From an uncultured archaeon (GTDB lineage Archaea > Asgardarchaeota > Heimdallarchaeia > Heimdallarchaeales > Heimdallarchaeaceae): a DNA stretch of 64,000 bases. The first letter of the stretch is position 1. Each line of letters begins with the position of its first letter. Positions 30,515 through 41,643 of the stretch are shown here, piece after piece. A program made the position numbers and the translations under genes. Location of the stretch: assembly GCA_964534625.1 (NCBI GenBank), contig CAZHRF010000004.1, forward strand, positions 52,841 through 116,840. The letters run 5' to 3'. The notes under the pieces are model-generated. The model searched no databases and was not told where the DNA came from. It saw only the letters and a program-made list of their open reading frames with translations.

Positions 30515-33500
30515 TTATTGTTTGAAGAATCGCATTTTTTTCATTAAATCTGCTCCTTTATTTAAAGCCATTATTTGTCTCACACCTAAGGCTATACCAA
30601 GAGCAGCTGAACTAACAATAGGCGCAAGTAAATTAATTAAGTTATCATTTTTATGTATCATAATTTGCTCATATTCATATTCAATAGAGCAAGCTGCTCC
30701 TTTATGATTTTTATCCCCAGTAAATATTACAGCTATCTGTTTTACATCATGCATTTCTAATTTGCTTAGATCAAGAAATACTTGTCCATCTTGGTCTGTA
30801 GATAAAAAGAATTCATATATTATTGAATTATTCTCACTTTTTAACATAATTGTGATTAGCTGATCGTCCAAAGACTCATTGTATGCATCAGTTAAAGAAA
30901 TATATGCTTTAGTTTCAACTATTTCAATACTTAATGCTGTATCTAAAGGTTTTATTTCTAGAATGAAAACCAAATAAGCTGGATTATAGAATTGATTACC
31001 TGAAAAATTAGCTGAAATGGAATAATTGCCCCCTTCGAATTCTGCTAAATCAATATTTATTGAGCCATTTATTGAGTAACTAACCTCGTCGATAATTAGA
31101 TTAAAAGAAACATTGGCTAAGTAAAACGAGTTATTCGAATAAAGCATAATAGTGAGTTGTTGATCTTGTTTATATTTAGCACTTTCAAGGTTATGATAAA
31201 ACCAAGTAGCATCTTTTTCAAAATTAAAGGCATATTCAAAAGATATTTCTTGGTATAAATCTGTTGCTTCACCTTTGATAGATAGAATAGGCTCCATTAG
31301 AGTGATATTCCAAGAGAAAAATAGTTTTCCTTCTTGATCTGTTGTTAGATAATATTGATCATCCCCAATAGTGAGCTCTATCGTATAATCTACTAAAGAG
31401 TTAGACATTGTATCTTTCAGAGTTATTTCTATTTCTAATATGTCTTTATAGTTAGTTCCATTAAGATGTAAAAATTCTATAATTATGTCTCCTTTTACAA
31501 TCGTTAGGTCATAGGTTTGTTTAATGCTATCTAAGTTTTTATTGTTGCTTGTTACTATTAAAGTTAAATTATATGTTTCAGGTTCATAATCCATAAGAAA
31601 CGAGGAAGGTATGATAAAATAGCCAGAAGCATCTGTCTTGACTATTCCTATCAATTCGTCTTCTATATAAATTGTCACCTTACTATCAGTTAAATTCAAT
31701 GTTAAGAAACTGAAAGTTCCGTTCAAAGGCACAATATTATTGTATTGTTGTTCAGTTATATCTAAATGTAATGCTGGCGTTCCTAAGTCTCGTTCATACT
31801 CTGTTATTGTACTATAAGCCAATAGTAATTCTGTTTGATCAACAGTTATGGTAATTTCATAATAGCCTGCTTCTAAATACTGATCTAAAGTTAATATGAA
31901 CCTACTCATAGAAGTAGTAACAATATAACTTGTTTCATTGATCCTAATGTTTACTGCTACTTCTGGTAAAAGCCCATCGAATGAATTAAATTGACCTTCT
32001 ATGCTAAAATCTTCTCCGTAAGTCCTTCCATTTATATCTAAACTTTCAAATTCTAATGAATAATACACACTAAGATTTATTTCATATGTGCTTTGTGAAT
32101 GGCTTACATTTCCTTGATAAAAACAAGTTATGAGATAGTTTCCGCCTATTAGTTCCTCAGCTGTTAGGGTTAATGTTCCTATACCATTACTGTCCGTTGT
32201 GATTGTCTTATAATACACGCCATTTATCTTGATTAGCAGGTCTGTTTCTGTTAAATTATTTCCATTTATATCACTTAAATGAAGCTGAGTAACTATGTCT
32301 TCCCCATAGGTGTTATTGATTGATGAAACTTCACTTGTCAAACTAGTTATTATCTTATAGATATCTACTGTCAATTGTTCAACTGAAGCAAGGAAATAAG
32401 TATTTCCCGCAAATATCACCTCTAGGGTATATATTCCTTCGGATAAAATTATATTCGTTGAAAAATACCCATTACTGTCTGTCAAAACAGTATCATAGAA
32501 AGTATCATTAGCATAAATGGAAATAGTTATATTTTCAAGTAAAACCTCACTCACTATTTGTCCATTGAGTAATGGTAAATTGCTTACGTAACTAAATTCT
32601 AAGAAAATGAATGTTTCAGCTTTTTTCACAGTAAATTGTCCTTCTAAACTGTTTTGTGAATATTCATCATCACCCGCAAAATATATAGTATAATCATATT
32701 TCCCCGGTGTTAAGTATATATCTAAATTAAACTTCGCTATTCCAGATGCATTAGTAAGAGCGAAATATACTTGTTCGCCTACCATTAATTCAATTTGTTT
32801 ATTGGCTATCGGATCATTGAAGGAAGTTAGAGTTGTATAAAAAATGGTGGGTTCTGTAACGTACGTACCTTCGTTTATAGTTGTTTTTAGTTCTGTCGGA
32901 AATTTATCTTGCTCGCCAGACATAGTTATCGATGAATCTTCATAAATAGTAGTTTCTTCAAAAATAATAGTGAATATATAATAACCTGGGGCTAAATCAT
33001 GTGTGAAAATTGCCATACCTGAAGCATTCGTTAAGGCGTCAAGAATCCATGTGTTGTTAATATATAATTTTAATAGTTCATCAGCAATCGGAGATGATGA
33101 AGCATCCGTGAGTGTTGCAGCTATTTCAATCGTATCATTAATGAAGGTGAATGTTCCATTAATGGCCGTTTGGATCTTGTAAATAGTTATTGTTTTTGTA
33201 TTTTGTATATATTTGTAAGTAGAAGTTTCTTCTACGTAAACTTTTATCTCATATGCACCAGGTAGAATATCATTTACATGAAACTCATAATAGCCATTAC
33301 TAGCTGTTTGGGATGTTTCAATTTGTGTTCCATTAATTAATAAATAAATAGTAACATTTTCTACTGGCTGTAAATGTTGATCTTTTAAATATCCTGAAAC
33401 GAGTATCTCCGATCCATAAACACCGTCATTTACAGTGAGAGTTAAGGTGAAGGTTTGTTTTTGTACTATCAGATTGATTTGTAAGGTTGCGTCTAGTATG

Positions 33501-36500
33501 GTTTCTGATCCTTCATAGACAATACTAAGCACATGTGTACCCACATCAAAATCATTACCTAAATTCGTGGTTAAATATCCACTTGAGTTAGTTGTTGAAC
33601 TAATCAATAATATATCATTAGCATAAATATTGATTTCTCCATCAGCTACAACGCCAAGGGATGAATAGACAAATATTTCAACATAAGCGTCATCACCATA
33701 TACAACTATTACATCTTCAGCTTCAATTATTGAAGGCAATTTAAATACTTCAAACGAAGTTGCATTTTGTGAGACTTCATATAACTCATTTTCAACTAAT
33801 TTAGCTTCAATAATATAGTTTCCAGGTAATAATTCTTCTTGAAATACTAAGAGATAGGATCCATTTACGTCTGTTATAACTTGATCCCAAAATATTCCAT
33901 TCAGATAGAGATCGACTAACATTTCACTAATTGTTTGATTATTCTCATCTGTTACTGATATTTCTGCTGTTATACTTTCTGTATAGTTGTATTCTTGACT
34001 GTCAGTGCTAATAACAAGGGATGTATCGATCTTTGAAATAGTTATTGTTGCAGAAACTTCCACATAGTGATAATTAGCTGATTCAGGTACATACACGACA
34101 CATTCATAGCTACCAGGTAATAACTCGATTATAAATTCATAATAACCAGTTTCATTAATTGTATACACATCTGTTTCGGTTCCATTAATTTGAAGATAAA
34201 TAGCAATCCCGTCTATGGAATATGAAGAATCGCTGTGTAAATACCCAGAAATGATTGATGTCTCATTGTATACTGCGTCATTAGCTTCAATTGATAAAGA
34301 TAGACTTGCTTTTGTAACAGTCACAGTTATTGATGCAGTAGAAGATAAGAAATAGTCTGAACCTTCATAAACCAAGACTAACGTATACACACCTACTTCT
34401 AAATTCAAATTTATAATATCTATTATTGCATATCCACTAGTATTTGTTAAACAATTGACTAAAGCAATATCGTCCTCCGTTATTGTAATTTCAGCATTTT
34501 CAATTGGACCTAAAGCAGAATATAAGTATGAAATTAATTCATATGATTCACCATAAACTACGGTGATGTCAGAAGCATCGATGAAAGAAGCGTGTTTTTT
34601 TACAGTAATAATTTGCTCTGTTTCTGATGAAAGATAATAATCATCTTCGAGAATTACTAGTCTAAAAGTATATACGCTAGGATCAAAGTCAAATACTATT
34701 GAATAATGATAGTATCCGTTTTCATCTGTTAATATCTGGTCATAAAGGCTGTCATTTACATAAAGGTTAACAGAAATAGAAATATTAGCGTTGAATTCAT
34801 CGTACGTGTAAATTTCTAAATCAATCGTATCTGTATAGTTATATTCAAACTCTGTTGAGAGAATTATATTTGTTGAGATTTTTGTTACCGTTATACTTGC
34901 TGAATTTTCTGCATAAAGATAATTTTCAGATTCCTCTACGTAAACTTTTATTTCATATGTTCCCGGTAAAAGATCATCTATGTGAAACTCGTAATACCCT
35001 TGTTCATCTGTTAAACAAGATTTAATCTCGTTATCGATTTCAAGATAAATTGTATAATTGTGCAATGATACAGATTCAGCTGTTTTAAGATAACCTGATA
35101 TAGTATTAACTTCTGAATACGTACTGTTATCAGCTTGTATTGATAAAACAAGGCTTTCCTTTTTAACAGTTAAGGTAATTATCTCTGAAGAACCCAGATA
35201 GCCTTCTGTTTCTTCAAAAGAGATCGTTAACAAATATGTTCCAACATCATAAGTGCCATCAATAATGAAAACAGCCCAACCTGAAGAATTTGTAAAAATC
35301 GTCCCAATTAGTGCATCAGTCTCGTATATCTTAATTGTAGCCTCTGATATGCTACCAAACGAAGAATAAAGATAGATTGGCAATTCACATGCTTGACCAT
35401 ATAGAACAGTTAAATCATTAACATCTAGTTGAGATGTGGTCTTGGTTATACTAAATTCTAGCGATTGTTCTGATGGGAAATAAATTGAAGTATCTTCGAT
35501 AACAGCTGTTAAGATATAATAATTGGGAAATAAATCATCAGAAATAGAATACAAATAGTATCCGTTTGTATCTGTGGTTATTTGATCCAACTCTGTACCA
35601 TTTATATATATTGTTACCAGAACTGAGATGGTTTGATTATTCTCGTCATATGTATAGATTTCGAACATAATATTTTCTGTATAGTTGTATTCTTGTTTAT
35701 TAGAAGCAAGATTAATGGAAGTATAATAACCAATTTGTAAATTTCTCTCTTTGACATCACCAATCCAGTTATCATCGTCTATAATTTTTGCTCTCCATTG
35801 ATATTCGCCACGTTCTAAAGAACAAACTATCTTCAAAACAGCATAACCCGTTTCATTTGTTTGCTTGTTGGATAAATGCTGCCATGTCTCACCATTATGC
35901 CAATAAAATTGTACAGTTATTCCTGTAGGATAGGTACCCAATGATGAATTAACCCTAACAGTGAGAGTAAGGAGCTCGTCAGTCACTCCTTGTGCATCAT
36001 CCATTTCTATTGAAACATCAATAGGTGAAGAATAAATATAGGTATGATCTTCTATATACTCATAATTTGTGTTATTGAACGAATAATTAATCGTTAATGT
36101 TGTTCCTTTATAAACTAGATATGTTAAATTGAATATTCCTTCTGAATCAGTTAAGAGTTCAAATATTTCTCCATCAATTTCAATAGTCACTATTTCATTT
36201 TCTAGGGGAGTTGAAGCGTCCGAATAAAGTTTTCCCGTAATAAAGATTGTTTCTTGATTAGTTGTATTATAATCTTGCAAGTCTTTGAAAATCGCACTTC
36301 CTTGAATACATGTAAAAGTAGTAAAATGACAGTCAGATTGACTATAAAGGGTCGTACCATCTTCCTCATAAGGACGAGAGAATATAGTCACTTTAATTTG
36401 ATCATCAATTTCAAGATCAAAATTAAGAGTAAAGGTTACATAGCCCGAAGAATTAGTTACTTTAATATATGAGTGTTCAACGATTTGTAAATTATTTACA

Positions 36501-38629
36501 TAACTGAGCTGAAGCATCACTTCAATTCCGCTTAATGAATTCATGTACTTATCTGTAACAAGTATTGTTACAACTATAGTATCATTATAGAGATAGTTTT
36601 CAGCTGAGTCAAGTTGTGGGTCTAAATGAATATATGCCTCACCAGGGTTTACAATGAGTGTAACATCTTGTTCAAAATATTCATAATTATCATCAAACAC
36701 TTTGAATCGCAAGGTATACTCATCAGACATTAACAGATTTTCACTAAACGAAACAGTAAAAACGCCATTAGAATTAGTATAATAGCTACCTAAATTCATA
36801 TGGACATCATTAGAATCAATCAATTCAAGTTCATATTCTACTCCTCCTATGGAATCATTTTGATAATCACCAAAATGCCCAGAAAAATTAAAGGCTGTGT
36901 TGAAAGCGAAATGATATGTATCCGATTCACTTGAAAATATAATTGTACTAGGTTTTATCTTAATATCGCCATAAGTATTTATTTTGTAGTCATATAAGTC
37001 GTCATTGAGATCTATATGCAGCCAATAAGCATTGATATAAGTTCCAGCATCCCAGTTAACATACTGATTATTAATTTCTGCATATCCTGAACCATTAGTA
37101 AAAGTGTATATGCCCATTTTCCCTTCTATATAGAAGTATACCATGAGATTAACAAAAGGCTCCCCATCATTATCTGTTACTTGTGTTATTAAAGGGATCC
37201 TCGTTTCTGTACTTGAACTTGTTTTTGAACCATAGGTAGCATTAGCAATAGGAGCCCATACAATCACTTTTTCTTTTGTTCTATTAGTTGATGAATAATC
37301 TACTAACATCTTATGTACTGCTTTAAAATAAATCACCCCTATATCTTCAATAGCATAATTGATAGAAGCAATACCAAAGGCATCAGTTGTAGCAATACCT
37401 AATGAATACCACGCTGATTGGTCTTCTGAGTAAGCAAAAGAAACATTATACCCACTTAAAGGAGCATTATCAATATTTTCTAACTTGGCAGAAAGAGTAA
37501 TCTGATCTGAATATTCAGCTTTAGCAGGACTAGTTAAAGTAAGATAATATGCTTCTAACGAATCAGTGACTAGTGCATCAACAAAATCGCTTGACATATC
37601 TAATAAATATTCTTCGTCATAATATAATCCTAAAAATCTGTGATCTGCAAATATACTATTTGAAGAGTCATACATAAATGATGTGGCACCATCACTTGTT
37701 TCAGACATATAAATTGGTTCAGCATTATTTGATGTATAAATTGTGCATTGGAGATCAATTCCTAATTGTTCTGTCCAACCAATAGAAGAATCATAACTAT
37801 AAACAGTATTTTCATCAACGCCATTTGTATCATTACTTGTTTGTAACACAAGCCCCGAAGAAGAATGAATCACAATATAATAAGACGTTTCAGCAGAGAG
37901 AGTATTGTCAAAACTATCAGATCCTGGAAAATTATATGTTGCAAAAACAAGAGGTGAATCACTAGTATCTTTTTGAGTTGAAATATAATGTTGTGTGATC
38001 ATCCCCTTATATTGATAATTCGATAGATAATTCTCTAAATCTGTTGTCAAATATACATTAACATAATCTTCAGATATTGTAGAAGCTATCGTACTATAGT
38101 TAAGGCTCAAAGCTGCAAAAGTACTATCAAAGGGAAATGAAAATTTTACTGCAATAATCTCGCTTGATATAGTAGAAGAAACAGGATCAGAATCAGTTGT
38201 TAAGGTGTAAAGATCGTACCAATAAACTGATCCTTGAGAGACAGGCTGTAAACCTATTATTTCCCATTCTGTATAAGAACTTAATTCTATAGTTTCTCCT
38301 TTAGTGATAATCTCTTGGTCAGCTGTGACTGAAGTATATGACTTGTATGTTCCTAATGAATGCTTAGGTTGCATAACACGCAAGTCATCTTGTTCTTCTA
38401 TTTCTTGCTTTTCTTTACTATTATCACTATTTGTATCATGAGGGGGGGAAAAGTTAAGTCCCCCTGTTTTGGGTGAAATATTCTCATCATGATTGGTCGT
38501 GCTTAGTTTTGCAAAAAAGTTGTTCAAAATATTTTCACTAAAAGTGCTACTGGTAGCGGGAATCAGCAAAAGGATCACAATTAGCGTCAAAGCTTTTTTA
38601 AAAATAATTTTTAATTTGTTTTTTTTCAT
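30515..38629 (-). CDS. Giant (2704 aa) Ig-like repeat surface protein / adhesin
   Basis: Signal peptide, many ~90-95-aa repeats (TxxxG-Y...LxPGxYxIxxxY/FxGxxxY), many N-x-S/T sequons, C-terminal TM. Confidence 0.88.
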   Translation of the reverse strand: MKKNKLKIIFKKALTLIVILLLIPATSSTFSENILNNFFAKLSTTNHDENISPKTGGLNFSPPHDTNSDNSKEKQEIEEQDDLRVMQPKHSLGTYKSYTSVTADQEIITKGETIELSSYTEWEIIGLQPVSQGSVYWYDLYTLTTDSDPVSSTISSEIIAVKFSFPFDSTFAALSLNYSTIASTISEDYVNVYLTTDLENYLSNYQYKGMITQHYISTQKDTSDSPLVFATYNFPGSDSFDNTLSAETSYYIVIHSSSGLVLQTSNDTNGVDENTVYSYDSSIGWTEQLGIDLQCTIYTSNNAEPIYMSETSDGATSFMYDSSNSIFADHRFLGLYYDEEYLLDMSSDFVDALVTDSLEAYYLTLTSPAKAEYSDQITLSAKLENIDNAPLSGYNVSFAYSEDQSAWYSLGIATTDAFGIASINYAIEDIGVIYFKAVHKMLVDYSSTNRTKEKVIVWAPIANATYGSKTSSSTETRIPLITQVTDNDGEPFVNLMVYFYIEGKMGIYTFTNGSGYAEINNQYVNWDAGTYINAYWLHIDLNDDLYDYKINTYGDIKIKPSTIIFSSESDTYHFAFNTAFNFSGHFGDYQNDSIGGVEYELELIDSNDVHMNLGSYYTNSNGVFTVSFSENLLMSDEYTLRFKVFDDNYEYFEQDVTLIVNPGEAYIHLDPQLDSAENYLYNDTIVVTILVTDKYMNSLSGIEVMLQLSYVNNLQIVEHSYIKVTNSSGYVTFTLNFDLEIDDQIKVTIFSRPYEEDGTTLYSQSDCHFTTFTCIQGSAIFKDLQDYNTTNQETIFITGKLYSDASTPLENEIVTIEIDGEIFELLTDSEGIFNLTYLVYKGTTLTINYSFNNTNYEYIEDHTYIYSSPIDVSIEMDDAQGVTDELLTLTVRVNSSLGTYPTGITVQFYWHNGETWQHLSNKQTNETGYAVLKIVCSLERGEYQWRAKIIDDDNWIGDVKERNLQIGYYTSINLASNKQEYNYTENIMFEIYTYDENNQTISVLVTIYINGTELDQITTDTNGYYLYSISDDLFPNYYILTAVIEDTSIYFPSEQSLEFSITKTTSQLDVNDLTVLYGQACELPIYLYSSFGSISEATIKIYETDALIGTIFTNSSGWAVFIIDGTYDVGTYLLTISFEETEGYLGSSEIITLTVKKESLVLSIQADNSTYSEVNTISGYLKTAESVSLHNYTIYLEIDNEIKSCLTDEQGYYEFHIDDLLPGTYEIKVYVEESENYLYAENSASITVTKISTNIILSTEFEYNYTDTIDLEIYTYDEFNANISISVNLYVNDSLYDQILTDENGYYHYSIVFDFDPSVYTFRLVILEDDYYLSSETEQIITVKKHASFIDASDITVVYGESYELISYLYSALGPIENAEITITEDDIALVNCLTNTSGYAIIDIINLNLEVGVYTLVLVYEGSDYFLSSTASITVTVTKASLSLSIEANDAVYNETSIISGYLHSDSSYSIDGIAIYLQINGTETDVYTINETGYYEFIIELLPGSYECVVYVPESANYHYVEVSATITISKIDTSLVISTDSQEYNYTESITAEISVTDENNQTISEMLVDLYLNGIFWDQVITDVNGSYLLVFQEELLPGNYIIEAKLVENELYEVSQNATSFEVFKLPSIIEAEDVIVVYGDDAYVEIFVYSSLGVVADGEINIYANDILLISSTTNSSGYLTTNLGNDFDVGTHVLSIVYEGSETILDATLQINLIVQKQTFTLTLTVNDGVYGSEILVSGYLKDQHLQPVENVTIYLLINGTQIETSQTASNGYYEFHVNDILPGAYEIKVYVEETSTYKYIQNTKTITIYKIQTAINGTFTFINDTIEIAATLTDASSSPIADELLKLYINNTWILDALTNASGMAIFTHDLAPGYYIFTIIFEETTIYEDSSITMSGEQDKFPTELKTTINEGTYVTEPTIFYTTLTSFNDPIANKQIELMVGEQVYFALTNASGIAKFNLDIYLTPGKYDYTIYFAGDDEYSQNSLEGQFTVKKAETFIFLEFSYVSNLPLLNGQIVSEVLLENITISIYANDTFYDTVLTDSNGYFSTNIILSEGIYTLEVIFAGNTYFLASVEQLTVDIYKIITSLTSEVSSINNTYGEDIVTQLHLSDINGNNLTETDLLIKINGVYYKTITTDSNGIGTLTLTAEELIGGNYLITCFYQGNVSHSQSTYEINLSVYYSLEFESLDINGRTYGEDFSIEGQFNSFDGLLPEVAVNIRINETSYIVTTSMSRFILTLDQYLEAGYYEITITVDQTELLLAYSTITEYERDLGTPALHLDITEQQYNNIVPLNGTFSFLTLNLTDSKVTIYIEDELIGIVKTDASGYFIIPSSFLMDYEPETYNLTLIVTSNNKNLDSIKQTYDLTIVKGDIIIEFLHLNGTNYKDILEIEITLKDTMSNSLVDYTIELTIGDDQYYLTTDQEGKLFFSWNITLMEPILSIKGEATDLYQEISFEYAFNFEKDATWFYHNLESAKYKQDQQLTIMLYSNNSFYLANVSFNLIIDEVSYSINGSINIDLAEFEGGNYSISANFSGNQFYNPAYLVFILEIKPLDTALSIEIVETKAYISLTDAYNESLDDQLITIMLKSENNSIIYEFFLSTDQDGQVFLDLSKLEMHDVKQIAVIFTGDKNHKGAACSIEYEYEQIMIHKNDNLINLLAPIVSSAALGIALGVRQIMALNKGADLMKKMRFFKQ

Positions 38630-39387
38630 TATATATCAACTCCTGGTGAATCATTATCTGTTCTCGACTGACCTTCACGGTCAGCATTAAAATTGTGAAA
38701 GACTGAATGTGTTTCAGCTGCGAAATAATTTTGGCTTGCTAACCATATGATAAACATTAAATAAAGAGCGAAATTTATTAGCGGGATTAAATAGCCCCAG
38801 ACCGATATACCTACAATTAAAAAGAATACTCCAAAGAAAAGCAAAATGGAAAATTCACCATGGTGGGCTGTAATAGTAGCGAATGGAAGTGTTTGATCAC
38901 CATAATCAGGTAAACCAAAGAATATTAATGCTATAAGCAAATAAATGTTAACCCAAATACCATTATTAATGCCTATCAAATAATAGAAGTAAAGAATTTG
39001 GTTGTTATTTGTAATAAGTAAAACAACTAATAGAAAATTTAGTAAGGGAGCATACCCAATTAAAAACGCATGCCAGACATTTTTTAATTCTCCTCGAAGT
39101 CTTTGAGCTGAATAGTCGCCTTTAACTAAGTTCATACTATATACAACGCTTACATCATAGCCTAAAATTCTAATAGCTAAGGAATGAAATAATTGATGGA
39201 AAAAAGAGCCAGGTAAAAAGAACACATTAAGGTACTTGACTAAATCCCCAAAAAGCCAATCTCTAAGCATGTCAAACAATAATTTTAAACCAAATATGCA
39301 CACAATAACGAGAAAACTAAACCCAGTCGTAAAAGTGAATATACCTACAATAAACTCGTAAAGATTTTTTACATTTTCCGTGAACAC
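38629..39387 (-). CDS. M50/DUF3267-like membrane metalloprotease homolog with HQxxH
   Basis: PGSFFHQLFH, IGYAP and LPDYGD correspond to the PGxxxHExxH...AP...PSxxD pattern. Stop overlaps the adhesin ATG. Confidence 0.7.
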   Translation of the reverse strand: MFTENVKNLYEFIVGIFTFTTGFSFLVIVCIFGLKLLFDMLRDWLFGDLVKYLNVFFLPGSFFHQLFHSLAIRILGYDVSVVYSMNLVKGDYSAQRLRGELKNVWHAFLIGYAPLLNFLLVVLLITNNNQILYFYYLIGINNGIWVNIYLLIALIFFGLPDYGDQTLPFATITAHHGEFSILLFFGVFFLIVGISVWGYLIPLINFALYLMFIIWLASQNYFAAETHSVFHNFNADREGQSRTDNDSPGVDI

Positions 39388-39388
39388 T

Positions 39389-41077
39389 TTAGCCCCCCCT
39401 ATTTTCCTGTAAGTGATAAATGGTTAGCAACAGATTTTTCTCTATGGCTTCTTTTCTTATCCTATGCCTGAAATTGTATATTGAACGCTTTATTTTCTTA
39501 TATTCATAATCACTATTAGACTTGAGATATTGCCAGAATTTTTTCATTTTCTTTCCTCGCTTGAAATAATAACGTAATAAAGAAAATACCATTATTGTCG
39601 CTGCTTTCTTATTCTGTGTTCGAGAGAGTAACTGGCAATCAGCTAAGCTGAATGCTTTTTCTTCTATTTTTTCCAAGCGTTTCTGATACTCAGGAAAAAC
39701 TGCTTGCAGTTGTGTGACTATTTCTGTAATTTCTTCTTTGAGTGATTTGACATTATTTTCTCTTCTTTTTCTTTGGATAACACTGTTGACAAGGAGCGCT
39801 TCTTGAACTTTCAATAAACTAGTTCGATTCCAATGGGGATGCTGTTTATTGATTTTATTGCTAATCCTTATAATATCCTGATCGGTTATTTCTAATCCAA
39901 CAAGGCTGAATTGATAGTCTAAGATGGCCATGAATTTATATATAGCTTTAGAAGCGCGAATGAACGCAATATGGGAATTATCTTTAGCTAAGAATGATTC
40001 AAGATTGTTTTGAAAAATATCTACAGCTTTGTTCAATGTTTCAGGACGAATGCCTTTAATTTCTTTGGTATAATATTGTACAATACAAGCAACATCTTCA
40101 AGTATATCGCCTATTATATCTGTGCCTGGACATTTTTCATCCTTCGTTTTAGCTATTACAAAGTTAGCTTTAGATGTAAGTTGTGTTCTTTTTTGTTGGT
40201 TGTAAGTTAGCTCAAGATCAATACCTTTTTCCTTTAAAAGAGATCTAAACTTATACATTCCTTTCTTGAATGCATCAAAATCAAAATCAAATTTATCTGA
40301 ATTTTCAATAAATTCAAAGACTGTTTGACGACAATTAAAGTCGGGAATAAACTCTTGAAAATGAGCAGCTATAAGTGTGGCTGCTGATCTATCAACGTTG
40401 ACATTTGGATAAACTTTTGATTCTATTAGAGCATTAACATTATTCTCTATCGCTCGTAAAGAGTTTCTCAATTGTTCAAAGTGGTGTATAAGTTCATTTA
40501 TGGCATAATTAACTTTTGAGCGTAAAAGATGCGAGAAAACAAATTTAGTAGGGTTGCGTTTGAGAAGTCCCCATTTATATAATTGTATTTGGGCCTTTTT
40601 CATATTAAATATAGTGCAAACATTTTTTGTGAGCCCAGGTAATTCTAAGAGCGTATCAAAATGTGATGGGCTAATCTTTGCATATACAGTATTTAGCCTG
40701 TGATTCAATAGCCCCATATAAAATAGAACTATCGTATTTTTGGTTATATAAACCTCTTCCCCTAAATTCTTAATAATTTGATCAATCAATTGTTCGAACA
40801 AGAATAATGAATCATCAAGCATACTACTTGGGAATTGATCATAAAATAAATGCTTTACATTCTTTTTTATATAGTCCACAGCGTTAATTTTTCTTTCTTC
40901 CGCTGCGTCTCTAAAATATGAGCTGATTAATGAGGACGTTCTGACACCCTTTGAAAGGATCTTATATGCATCTAGCTTCTTTATGTAGCCTCCTAATTCT
41001 AGATCTTGGATGTCAGATCCATCGTATTCTGATGTACCATACTCTATTGTTCTTTTTACTTGTGTTACCAACGCCAT
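39389..41077 (-). CDS. Hypothetical cytoplasmic helical protein, possible divergent TFIIB/cyclin-like repeats
   Basis: 562-aa ORF with GGAGG SD; weak TFIIB-like helix motifs (DRSAATLIAA, RTQNKKAATIMVFSLLRY). Confidence 0.65.
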   Translation of the reverse strand: MALVTQVKRTIEYGTSEYDGSDIQDLELGGYIKKLDAYKILSKGVRTSSLISSYFRDAAEERKINAVDYIKKNVKHLFYDQFPSSMLDDSLFLFEQLIDQIIKNLGEEVYITKNTIVLFYMGLLNHRLNTVYAKISPSHFDTLLELPGLTKNVCTIFNMKKAQIQLYKWGLLKRNPTKFVFSHLLRSKVNYAINELIHHFEQLRNSLRAIENNVNALIESKVYPNVNVDRSAATLIAAHFQEFIPDFNCRQTVFEFIENSDKFDFDFDAFKKGMYKFRSLLKEKGIDLELTYNQQKRTQLTSKANFVIAKTKDEKCPGTDIIGDILEDVACIVQYYTKEIKGIRPETLNKAVDIFQNNLESFLAKDNSHIAFIRASKAIYKFMAILDYQFSLVGLEITDQDIIRISNKINKQHPHWNRTSLLKVQEALLVNSVIQRKRRENNVKSLKEEITEIVTQLQAVFPEYQKRLEKIEEKAFSLADCQLLSRTQNKKAATIMVFSLLRYYFKRGKKMKKFWQYLKSNSDYEYKKIKRSIYNFRHRIRKEAIEKNLLLTIYHLQENRGG

Positions 41078-41643
41078 GGATGTAGCCTCCTTGTCTTTTT
41101 TTGATGTAGCCAGTCTGTAAAAGACAATGGATTTTGTCTGTTAATATACTCTAATAGAAATTCCTACTTTTATTTGGCGCTTAGTAATTACAATCTCACT
41201 ACAATTCTCCTTAAATTTGCTCAATTTGAACTTGGTACCATTCAATACCCGTTTTGTGTCTTTTCCTTAACTATTTCCTTAACAAATAAACTTATAAAGA
41301 GAATACTTGCTTTTTTGCTTCCGTGATGAAAAAAGCAATAGTAACAGGATCTGGCGTTAAAGTCTTTTTGAGTAGACAATAAAGGTTTGTTTCAGGCTTT
41401 GAAACACTTGTTATTGGAGAAATTTCTGCTTGATCAAATAAAAAGTATAGAATTCACAGATAAAACTGGTTAGAACTAATCTATTGTTTCACTTATTTTA
41501 AATAAAATTTAAGAAGTAAAGCTTACTTAACAATAGATCAAAAAGGAAAAAGTTATACGAAAGATAATATCAAAAAAAAAGAAATACACCTTATTTGGGT
41601 GTTAAGTTTTTGTTTTTATTATTTATTATCGACACTTTAGGTT

